From the NCBI GenBank assembly GCA_040767965.1, contig JAXGNR010000005.1:192001-256000 (forward strand): a DNA stretch of 64,000 nucleotides, written 5' to 3'. Source of the DNA: Atribacterota bacterium (lineage in GTDB: Bacteria > Atribacterota > Phoenicimicrobiia > Phoenicimicrobiales > Stramentimicrobiaceae). The notes under the pieces are model-generated. The model was given only the letters and a program-made list of their open reading frames with translations, ran no database searches and was not told where the DNA came from. Numbering within the stretch: position 1 is the stretch's first letter; each line of letters opens with the position of its first letter. Position numbers and translations under genes: made by a program. Shown here one piece after another: positions 48,705 to 56,565 of the stretch.

Positions 48705-49159
48705 TCATTTAATACTTTTATTTCTTTTACTTTATCATCTTTTATGTATTTAATTATTTTTTTACAACCAACTAATACGTTCTGGCTTAAATTATCACTT
48801 AAATTTGTAGATCCTGGTTGAATTCCAATCATAATTATTTCTTTACAAAAAGATTTTAAATAGTCTAATAAAAAAGATAAAGGAATGGAATGAGTGGAAA
48901 ATTGTAGTTCTGATATTTTATTGTATGGGATAATCCTGAAGGCGCCGCTAGCTAAATTTAATTCAGCAGCATCGATAATAATAAGCAAATTTGGTTTAAC
49001 ATCTTTTATCTTTGATGTAAAATTTTCAGGAGCTGTTCCACTGTCCAGACTAATCCATAGATGGTGATGAAAATTACGTGCAATAAAGGATCCAGCACCA
49101 TCATCGCCTCTCAAAGAGTTTCCTATTCCTAATAAGATATTTTTTGATTCTGTTTTCAT
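48695..49159 (-). CDS. hycI: Hydrogenase maturation endopeptidase (HycI-type)
   Basis: LGIGNSLRGDDGAG, GTAPEN, IIDAA, STHSIPL, IGIQP. Confidence 0.93.
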   Translation of the reverse strand: MKTESKNILLGIGNSLRGDDGAGSFIARNFHHHLWISLDSGTAPENFTSKIKDVKPNLLIIIDAAELNLASGAFRIIPYNKISELQFSTHSIPLSFLLDYLKSFCKEIIMIGIQPGSTNLSDNLSQNVLVGCKKIIKYIKDDKVKEIKVLNDLN

Positions 49160-49301
49160 TTCTATGCTCCTTATTTAAATATTTGCAGTAAATCAAAAAG
49201 GATTGTAATATTATTATAAATAAAATAAATATTATTATATTATTTAAAACTAATGATGTAAAATAATAAATAATCAATATTATTAAATAAACTAAAAACT
49301 A

Positions 49302-49966
49302 ATGAAGGGGGGTGTTTCCTTGAGGCGATCAAGGCGAATTTATAAAAGAAAAACAAGAACAAACTTAGAAACATTAATAATACTGGTTGGGGCAATTATG
49401 ATACTTTCTGTTGCTTTTTACATGGCTCGTGAAAAAAGCTTTTTACCACCAGAAGAAATAAAGATATCTACTCAGGACATAATTACCGAGGACACTTTAC
49501 AAGCAGATGATACTGAACAATATTATTTAGAAGAGCAAGGTATTTCAACTGATATTTTTGAAAGTGATAAAACACAGGTTACAGAACAACCTGCTAATAT
49601 CAGGCCAAGAGAAATAGAAGAGATTACCACTGAGACATTACCAGAACAAAGTAATGTTGCAGAAAAAAGGGAAGTTGCACTGTCTCCGGTTATTGAGAAT
49701 ACAACCCAGGACCGGCCGAGAATTGAACCATCACAAAATATCCCTACTGGTTCAGCATTCACTGTTCAGGTTGGATTTTTTTCTGTAGAAGGCAATGCTC
49801 GTAATCTGGCATCTGAAATAGAAAAAGCGGATTTCAAACGTTTATTGTTCAGCTTAATAATTCGTTCAAAGTACAAGTAGGAGCTTATCCAACTAGAGAA
49901 CAAGCTGAAAGAGCTGCCAAAGAATTAGAAAATAGCGGATATGAAGTATGGGTTACTCAGAGATAA
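49302..49966 (+). CDS. Single-pass membrane protein with a C-terminal SPOR domain, frameshifted in the A5 run at 49822-49826
   Basis: Basic N-terminus, TM helix, acidic linker, FTVQVGFF. Adding one A continues the frame as SGFQTFIV...FKVQVGAYPTREQAE, completing the two-repeat SPOR domain. Confidence 0.85.
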
Positions 49967-50086
49967 AAAATATTTAGTGAAAAATACATGAATAAAATAT
50001 TCTTTAACGCTTAAAAATACTTTTAGAAAATAAAGAACTTGCAAAAAACTATATATAAAATATTTTTTAAATAAAACTGGAGATAA

Positions 50087-50746
50087 ATGGTAATTAAAAT
50101 AAAGAAAAAGCAAAAAAAAACAAATGTTCCCCAAGCAACGATCAATCGGTTGTCTATTTATCACAGGTCATTAGAATTATTGATTGAAGCCGAAGAAGGG
50201 AATATAGCTGAAAATATATCTTCTTCGGAGCTAGCAAAAATAACCGGGATAACCTCAAGCCAAATAAGAAAAGATCTGTCTTATTTTGGAGAATTTGGCA
50301 AAAGAGGAATTGGTTACCCTGTACTTAAATTAATTGGTGTTCTTAGGGATATTTTAATTGCAAATAAAAAATGGGATGTAATTATGGTAGGAGCCGGGAA
50401 TATCGGCAAAGCTTTCTTGCGATATAAGGGGTTTCAAAAGAGAGGATTTACTATAAAAGCTGCCTTTGATATTGATAAAGATAAAATCGGAAAAACTATT
50501 GATTCAACAAAAGTTATTCATATTCAGCATATGGAAAACTTTATAAAAGAAAATCGCATTAAAATTGGCATTATTACAGTTCCATCCGAATGCGCACAAG
50601 ATGTTGCCGAGAAAATGATTGCCGGGGGAATTAAATCAATTTTAAACTTTGCCCCTGTCAGTATCCGTCATCCAAAAAATGTGAGAGTAAACCATATAGA
50701 CATTGCAATTGAACTTGAGAAATTAGTTTACTACCTAAAAAAATAA
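50087..50746 (+). CDS. rex: Redox-sensing transcriptional repressor Rex
   Basis: ATINRLSIYHR, QIRKDLSYFGEFGKRGIGY, VGAGNIG, ILNFAP. Confidence 0.97.
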   Translation: MVIKIKKKQKKTNVPQATINRLSIYHRSLELLIEAEEGNIAENISSSELAKITGITSSQIRKDLSYFGEFGKRGIGYPVLKLIGVLRDILIANKKWDVIMVGAGNIGKAFLRYKGFQKRGFTIKAAFDIDKDKIGKTIDSTKVIHIQHMENFIKENRIKIGIITVPSECAQDVAEKMIAGGIKSILNFAPVSIRHPKNVRVNHIDIAIELEKLVYYLKK

Positions 50747-50803
50747 CTCCCTCTTTTTACTTTCTTCCTCAATTAAAATAATAACAGAAATCTGTAAAGC
50801 CAT

Positions 50804-50833
50804 TTGACATTAAGCAAATCTTTGTGATAAAAT
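50804..50833 (+). promoter_or_regulatory. Promoter of the DRTGG-to-fdh operon
   Basis: TTGACA (50804-50809) and extended -10 TGaTAAAAT (50825-50833); 18-nt spacer. Confidence 0.7.
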
Positions 50834-50847
50834 TCTTTAAGTTAGTA

Positions 50848-50865
50848 TTGTGATTAATTTCACAA
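50848..50865. promoter_or_regulatory. Rex operator
   Basis: TTGTGATTAATTTCACAA versus Rex consensus TTGTGAA-N4-TTCACAA (one mismatch); just downstream of the promoter and of rex. Confidence 0.88.
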
Positions 50866-50938
50866 TGTTTTAAAATTAACTAATGATTTTCTGCCCAATA
50901 GGATAATACCTATAATAAAATATAAAAAAAGAGGAAAA

Positions 50939-51277
50939 ATGAAGATAAAAGATATCGCAGCAATATTAGAAGCAGAAATATTAACTGGAGAATCATATTT
51001 AGATGTAGAAGTCGAAGAGTTTGCAGTAAGCGACTTGTTAAGTGATGTTTTGACGCTTAATAAGGAAAATTTTTTATTACTAACAGGACTGACTACCCAG
51101 CAAGTAGTGAGAACAATAGAGATTGCCGGTGGAATTGGAGTGGTATTTATGAGAGGAAAAACACCAGAACAAGAAGCTATAGGGCTAGCCCGATCTCACC
51201 GCATTCCATTGCTTATGACTTCAAAAACGACATTTGAAGCCTGCCAAAAAATAATAGAGGCTATGAATAAAAAATAA
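50939..51277 (+). CDS. Stand-alone DRTGG-domain protein
   Basis: SDLLSDVL, LLTGL...VVRT, VFMRGK; typical of hydrogenase-operon DRTGG proteins. Confidence 0.82.
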   Translation: MKIKDIAAILEAEILTGESYLDVEVEEFAVSDLLSDVLTLNKENFLLLTGLTTQQVVRTIEIAGGIGVVFMRGKTPEQEAIGLARSHRIPLLMTSKTTFEACQKIIEAMNKK

Positions 51278-51281
51278 TAAA

Positions 51282-52214
51282 ATGACAATACTACATTCAA
51301 AAGAAAAATTAACCCTTGCAAACGAACTTATTTATGAACTAAAAGTAAAAGATGCTATGACTAAAAATGTAATAAATTTTAGTCCAGACACTACTTTTCG
51401 TCTCATTCAAAAAGCTATGAAAAAGAATAAAATATCAGGCGTCCCTATTCTTGATGAAAACAAGGGCATTATAGGTATTGTAAGCATTGATAATGTTATT
51501 TCAGCTTTAGATGAAAATTATATAAATGAGCCTGTAGAAAAACACATGACTAAAGAAGTTGTTACTATCCCTCAGAATTATTCCCTAGTTTCTGCCATAA
51601 AAAAATTTGATAAATATAAATATGGTAGATTGCCAGTTACAAAAAATGCCAATTCTAACGAAATAGTTGGAATTTTAACGATGGGTGATATTTTAAACTA
51701 TTTATTATTTACCATACAATCAATTGCAGAAAAAGTTGAAGAAAAAGAAGAAAAAAACAATTTAATTTCAGAAAATATGATCAAGCAGAATCTTAAAAAA
51801 TTTTTAAGATTTGAAGTAAAAAAAGCTGATTTTGATAATGCAGGACAAGTTGCGAGTATCATCAGAAACTATTTGCAAAAAATAAGTCTTGATAACAAAA
51901 TATTGCGAAGAGTAGCAATTATTTGCTATGAAGCTGAAATGAATATCAGTATTCATTCTCTGGGTGGATATATCTCCGTTGAAATAAGCGAATCTGAAAT
52001 TTCTATCACAGCTAAAGATTTTGGTCCAGGAATACCTGATATAGAACAGGCGGTAAAGCCGGGTTTTACTACAGCATCTGAACAAATCAGGGCTTTAGGC
52101 TTTGGTGCAGGAATGGGGTTGCCAAACATAAAAAAATGCGCTGATCATTTTTGCCTGGAATCATCAATGGAAACAGGAACTACTTTAAAAGCCATTGTTT
52201 ATATAGGGAGGTAA
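51282..52214 (+). CDS. CBS-pair fused to an RsbW/RsbT-like (GHKL) Ser/Thr kinase domain
   Basis: Two CBS repeats (VKDAMT...GVPI...GIVS; HMT...RLPV...GILT), then EAEMN..IH, DFGPGIPD, GFGAGMGLPNIK. Confidence 0.87.
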   Translation: MTILHSKEKLTLANELIYELKVKDAMTKNVINFSPDTTFRLIQKAMKKNKISGVPILDENKGIIGIVSIDNVISALDENYINEPVEKHMTKEVVTIPQNYSLVSAIKKFDKYKYGRLPVTKNANSNEIVGILTMGDILNYLLFTIQSIAEKVEEKEEKNNLISENMIKQNLKKFLRFEVKKADFDNAGQVASIIRNYLQKISLDNKILRRVAIICYEAEMNISIHSLGGYISVEISESEISITAKDFGPGIPDIEQAVKPGFTTASEQIRALGFGAGMGLPNIKKCADHFCLESSMETGTTLKAIVYIGR

Positions 52215-52217
52215 AAA

Positions 52218-52562
52218 GTGAAATTAAGTAATATAATTGATAACCTGTGTTTACAGAAAATCTTATTTGATTCTGACATTGAAATAAAAGCAGGATATTC
52301 TGGTGATTTAATGTCTGATGTTATAGCAAATGCTTTCCCTGACAGTATCTGGATCACTATTCAGGCCCACCGAAATAGCATTGCCGTTGCCTTGATTAAA
52401 GAAATAAAAGCTATAATTTTTACCAACAACATAGAAATAAACAAGGATTTAATAGAGAAAGCGAAGGAAGAAAATATAAGCCTCTTGAGAACGGAAAAAA
52501 ATTCATTTCAAATTTCCGGATTATTATACAAGATGCTGGAGGGGAATTCTGAAAAAAATTGA
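52218..52562 (+). CDS. Stand-alone DRTGG-domain protein
   Basis: GYSGDLMSDV, IWITIQAHRN..AVA. Confidence 0.82.
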   Translation: MKLSNIIDNLCLQKILFDSDIEIKAGYSGDLMSDVIANAFPDSIWITIQAHRNSIAVALIKEIKAIIFTNNIEINKDLIEKAKEENISLLRTEKNSFQISGLLYKMLEGNSEKN

Positions 52563-53271
52563 TTTGCATATACATTCATCTTTATCAGCTTGCGGTTCTG
52601 ATGTAATGTCACCAGGACAAATTTTAAATGAAGCATTGGAAAAAGGTCTTGGTTTAATTTCAATTACCGACCATAACGCAACATGTCATTCAAAGATTCT
52701 CCATCAGCTAGCAAAAAAAGAAAAAATAAACAGTTTGTTAGGAGTGGAATTGACAACAAAAGAAGAAGTACATTTGCTTGGCTATTTCCCGGATGAAAAT
52801 AGTTTCGATGAAATAGAAAATAAGATAAATGAATGCTTACCAAAAAAAGATAACATGCCAGGTTTTTTTGGCTATCAATTAATATATGATAGAACTGACC
52901 AAATAGTAGGAATAGATTCTAAATTCAGGCAGAATGCTCTGCAAATAGGTATTGATGATCTGGTAGATTTTATTCATAGCATTGGAGGCCTGGCTATCCC
53001 AGCACACATTAACAGGAAACATTGTGGTTTAATTAATCAGATTGGATTTTTAGATTCTTTCAGTGAATTTGATGCTGTTGAGTTGTCAAAAGACGAATGG
53101 CAGAAAAAACAAAATAAATTTGGGGATACCTTGAATGGGTTCCCAATTATTAGCGGATCAGATAGTCATTTTATAGAGGATATTGGATTATTTTTTCTGG
53201 AAATTGCAGACAGCTTTGATATGAATAATTTTTATTCGTTTAAAAAAATATTAGAAGGTATTAAATCTTGA
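52549..53271 (+). CDS. PHP-domain phosphoesterase, probable CTG start at 52549
   Basis: DLHIHS, ITDHN, GVE...EEVH, PAH, SDSH metal-binding motifs. Confidence 0.88.
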   Translation: MKKIDLHIHSSLSACGSDVMSPGQILNEALEKGLGLISITDHNATCHSKILHQLAKKEKINSLLGVELTTKEEVHLLGYFPDENSFDEIENKINECLPKKDNMPGFFGYQLIYDRTDQIVGIDSKFRQNALQIGIDDLVDFIHSIGGLAIPAHINRKHCGLINQIGFLDSFSEFDAVELSKDEWQKKQNKFGDTLNGFPIISGSDSHFIEDIGLFFLEIADSFDMNNFYSFKKILEGIKS

Positions 53272-53804
53272 AAAATATTGCTGATCATATGTTTGATATT
53301 TTTGAAAATTCTGTTAACGCCAAGGCGACCGAAGTAAAAATAATTATAAGTTATGAAAATAATATTTTTTTCTGTAGTATAAGCGATAATGGTTTTGGGA
53401 TAAGTGGACCAGAAGTATTGGATCCTTTTTATACAACCAGAAAAACCAGGAAAGTGGGATTGGGTTTGCCTTTATTAAAAAAGACCACAGAGGATACCGG
53501 TGGATATTTAAAGGTCAACAGAATTAATGAAAATGGAGGAACTTATTTAGAATTTAAAATAAATATGTCCCATATCGATGCAAAGCCTTTTGGTGATCTA
53601 AGCAATGCATTTTTAGACATAATTTTTGCCTGGCCTGATATTAATCTAAAAATATATTTTGAAAAATATCATCAAAAAAAAATAATTTTTAATGCTGAAA
53701 AAATTAAAAAACAAATGGAAAAGGATAAAACTGCTTTTTTTGAAATAAGAAATAGAATTTCCTGTATATTAAAAGATGAATTCAACAAAATAGGTATTTT
53801 GTAA
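53268..53804 (+). CDS. Stand-alone HATPase (histidine-kinase-like ATP-binding) protein
   Basis: DIFENS, SDNGFG, DPFYTT..TRKVGLGLP, GGT; no sensor or HisKA domain. Confidence 0.85.
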   Translation: MKNIADHMFDIFENSVNAKATEVKIIISYENNIFFCSISDNGFGISGPEVLDPFYTTRKTRKVGLGLPLLKKTTEDTGGYLKVNRINENGGTYLEFKINMSHIDAKPFGDLSNAFLDIIFAWPDINLKIYFEKYHQKKIIFNAEKIKKQMEKDKTAFFEIRNRISCILKDEFNKIGIL

Positions 53805-53847
53805 TATCAAATATATTATATTAATTTTTATTTTGAATGGAGGAAGA

Positions 53848-54222
53848 ATGAAAAATTTAGAAGAGTTAAAAATGATGAGAGAAAAGGTTAAAAAAGACCT
53901 TGAGCTCAGATCAGGGGAGCACCGTGTGAAAATAGTGGTAGGGATGGGAAGCTGCGGAATAGCAGCAGGTGCCAGAGAAACAATGACTGAATTTTTAGAA
54001 TTAATTGAAAAAAATAAAAAAACAGATATTATTGTTACTGCCTCTGGATGCTTTGGTTTTTGTGCGCAAGAGCCGATGGTTATTATTTATGTTGAAAAAG
54101 AGAAGCCAATTACTTATAAAAATGTTGATAAGGATGCTGCCAAAGAAATATTTTCAGAACATGTGATAAATAATCGAATTACAGAAAAATATCTATTTTC
54201 AAAGGGGAAAAACGATGAGTGA
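53848..54222 (+). CDS. Thioredoxin-like [2Fe-2S] ferredoxin subunit (HndB/HydD-like)
   Basis: VGMGSCGIAAGAR...GCFGFC..EP. Confidence 0.88.
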   Translation: MKNLEELKMMREKVKKDLELRSGEHRVKIVVGMGSCGIAAGARETMTEFLELIEKNKKTDIIVTASGCFGFCAQEPMVIIYVEKEKPITYKNVDKDAAKEIFSEHVINNRITEKYLFSKGKNDE

Positions 54223-54712
54223 AACCATCATAAAAGAAAAAAATAAAATATTAGAAGAAGAAAAGTATAAAAGTTTAAAAAACTATATAAAAGAAAATAA
54301 AAACAGAAAAGATTTTTTGATACCGGTTCTATATAAAGCTCAGGATCTTTTTAACTACCTTTCTCCAGAAGTTCAGGAATTTATCTCTCGGGAGATGAAT
54401 ATATCGGAAAGTGAAGTTTTTGGCGTAGCCACTTTTTATTCATATTTTAAAACAAAGCCTGTTGGCAGACATACGATAACTGTTTGTATGGGGACAGCCT
54501 GTTATGTTAAAGGTGCTAAAAAAATAATGGAAGAATTACAAAAGATATTAAAAATAAAAGAAGGTGAAACAACAAAAGATTTGAGGTTTACACTTGGTTC
54601 TCAGCCGTGTTTTGGTTCATGTGGTATGGCACCGGTAATTATGATTGATAGTAATGTGCATGGCCGATTAACCCCTGACAAATTAAATTCAATTTTAGAG
54701 AAATATAAATAA
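54215..54712 (+). CDS. NuoE-like [2Fe-2S] subunit (HndA/HydC/HylC-like)
   Basis: VATFYS.F, VCMGTACYVKG, CFGSCGMAP. Confidence 0.92.
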   Translation: MSETIIKEKNKILEEEKYKSLKNYIKENKNRKDFLIPVLYKAQDLFNYLSPEVQEFISREMNISESEVFGVATFYSYFKTKPVGRHTITVCMGTACYVKGAKKIMEELQKILKIKEGETTKDLRFTLGSQPCFGSCGMAPVIMIDSNVHGRLTPDKLNSILEKYK

Positions 54713-54730
54713 TTGGTAAGGAGCATATCA

Positions 54731-56527
54731 ATGATTAAAAAAATAAGAACACAGCTTCTGTTGTGTTATGGTACATCATGTATTTCTAATGGAGCTGCTG
54801 AAGTAAAAATAGCCTTGGAAAAATCACTAAAGGAATTTAAGTTAGAAAACGAGGTAGAAATAATCACTACTGGTTGTATGGGTATATGTGAGTTAGGCCC
54901 TGTTATGATGGTTTACCCGGATGGGATTTTCTATCAAAAAATCAAACCAGAAGATGCTCCGGAAATAATTCAGGAACATATCTTAAAAGGAAGAGTAGTT
55001 CAGAGACTTTTCTATAAAAAACCAAAAACAGAAGAATTGGTTGATATGATTGAAGGAATAGATTTTTTTAAACTTCAAAAGAGAATTGCCCGTAGAAACT
55101 GTGGAATTATTGATGTAAACAGTATAGATGAGTATATTGGGGCTGATGGTTTTATGGCGTTAGGGAAAGCATTAACCCAAATGACACCCAGCGAAGTCGT
55201 AGATGAAGTTAAAAAATCAGGATTACGAGGAAGAGGAGGAGCAGGATTCCCAACTGGATTAAAATGGGAGTTTGCAGCAAAAGCACCGGGAAAGCAAAAA
55301 TATATTCTTTGCAACTCTGATGAAGGTGACCCTGGCGCATTTATGGATAGAAGCATGTTAGAGGGGGACTCCTTTAGTGTATTAGAAGCTATGATGATAG
55401 GAGGCTATGCTATTGGTGCTAACCAGGGGTATATTTATGTAAGAGCTGAATATCCTCTTGCAATAGAAAGATTAAAAATTGCAGTAAATGAAATGAGAAA
55501 ACATGAACTTCTAGGGGAAAATATATTAGGAACAGGTTTTGATTTTGATGTAGAGATCAGGATGGGAGCAGGTGCTTTTGTCTGTGGTGAAGAAACTGCT
55601 TTAATGCGCTCTATTGAAGGCAAAAGAGGCGAACCAAGACCAAGACCTCCTTTTCCTGCCAACAAAGGGCTATTTGAATGCCCAACTGTTTTGAATAATG
55701 TGGAAACATTAGCAAACATTCCTTATATAATTTTAAACGGAGCCGAAGATTTTGCGTCTGTAGGAACAGAAAAAAGTAAAGGGACAAAAATATTTGCTTT
55801 AGCAGGAAATATTCATAATACTGGATTAATAGAAGTTCCAATTGGAATTACTTTAAGAGATATAGTATACAAAATAGGAGGAGGAATCCCAGATAATAAA
55901 AAATTTAAAGCCGTACAGATTGGAGGGCCTTCAGGAGGGTGTATACCTGAACAACATCTTGATGCAGTTGTAGATTACGAATCACTAAAAGCATTAGGGG
56001 CAATTATGGGGTCTGGAGGCTTAATCGTGATGGATGAAGATACATGTATGGTTGATATAGCCCGTTATTTTATGAATTTTATACAGGATGAATCTTGTGG
56101 TAAGTGCACTCCTTGCCGTGAAGGTACCAGGGTCATGCTGGATATATTAACAAGGATATGCGAAGGGAAAGGAAAGATGGAAGATTTGGATACTCTGGAA
56201 TCTCTTTCATATAGCATAAAAGATTCATCATTATGCGGACTGGGACAGACTGCCCCGAACCCGGTCCTGTCAACGCTCCAATATTTTAAAGATGAATATA
56301 TTGAACATATAAAAGAAAAAAAGTGCAGAGCTGGAGTTTGTCATAATTTAATAAAATATGAAATAGATCCGGAAAAATGTACTGGATGTACTGTTTGTGC
56401 TAAAAAATGTCCGGTTGACGCAATTTCGGGAGAAAAAAAACATCCCCATAAGATTGATCAAAATAAATGTATAAAATGCGGTGCCTGTTATGAAGCTTGT
56501 AAATTTGGAGCAATATATAAGTTTTAG
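54731..56527 (+). CDS. NuoF-like FMN/NADH-binding subunit (HndC/HydB/HylB-like) with bifurcating-type architecture
   Basis: N-terminal 2Fe-2S domain, GRGGAGFP, DEGDPGAFMDR, GGPSGG, SCGKCTPCREG, C-terminal 2x[4Fe-4S]. Confidence 0.94.
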   Translation: MIKKIRTQLLLCYGTSCISNGAAEVKIALEKSLKEFKLENEVEIITTGCMGICELGPVMMVYPDGIFYQKIKPEDAPEIIQEHILKGRVVQRLFYKKPKTEELVDMIEGIDFFKLQKRIARRNCGIIDVNSIDEYIGADGFMALGKALTQMTPSEVVDEVKKSGLRGRGGAGFPTGLKWEFAAKAPGKQKYILCNSDEGDPGAFMDRSMLEGDSFSVLEAMMIGGYAIGANQGYIYVRAEYPLAIERLKIAVNEMRKHELLGENILGTGFDFDVEIRMGAGAFVCGEETALMRSIEGKRGEPRPRPPFPANKGLFECPTVLNNVETLANIPYIILNGAEDFASVGTEKSKGTKIFALAGNIHNTGLIEVPIGITLRDIVYKIGGGIPDNKKFKAVQIGGPSGGCIPEQHLDAVVDYESLKALGAIMGSGGLIVMDEDTCMVDIARYFMNFIQDESCGKCTPCREGTRVMLDILTRICEGKGKMEDLDTLESLSYSIKDSSLCGLGQTAPNPVLSTLQYFKDEYIEHIKEKKCRAGVCHNLIKYEIDPEKCTGCTVCAKKCPVDAISGEKKHPHKIDQNKCIKCGACYEACKFGAIYKF

Positions 56528-56565
56528 TATATGTATTTTAAATATTTTACAGAAGGAGAGAAACG

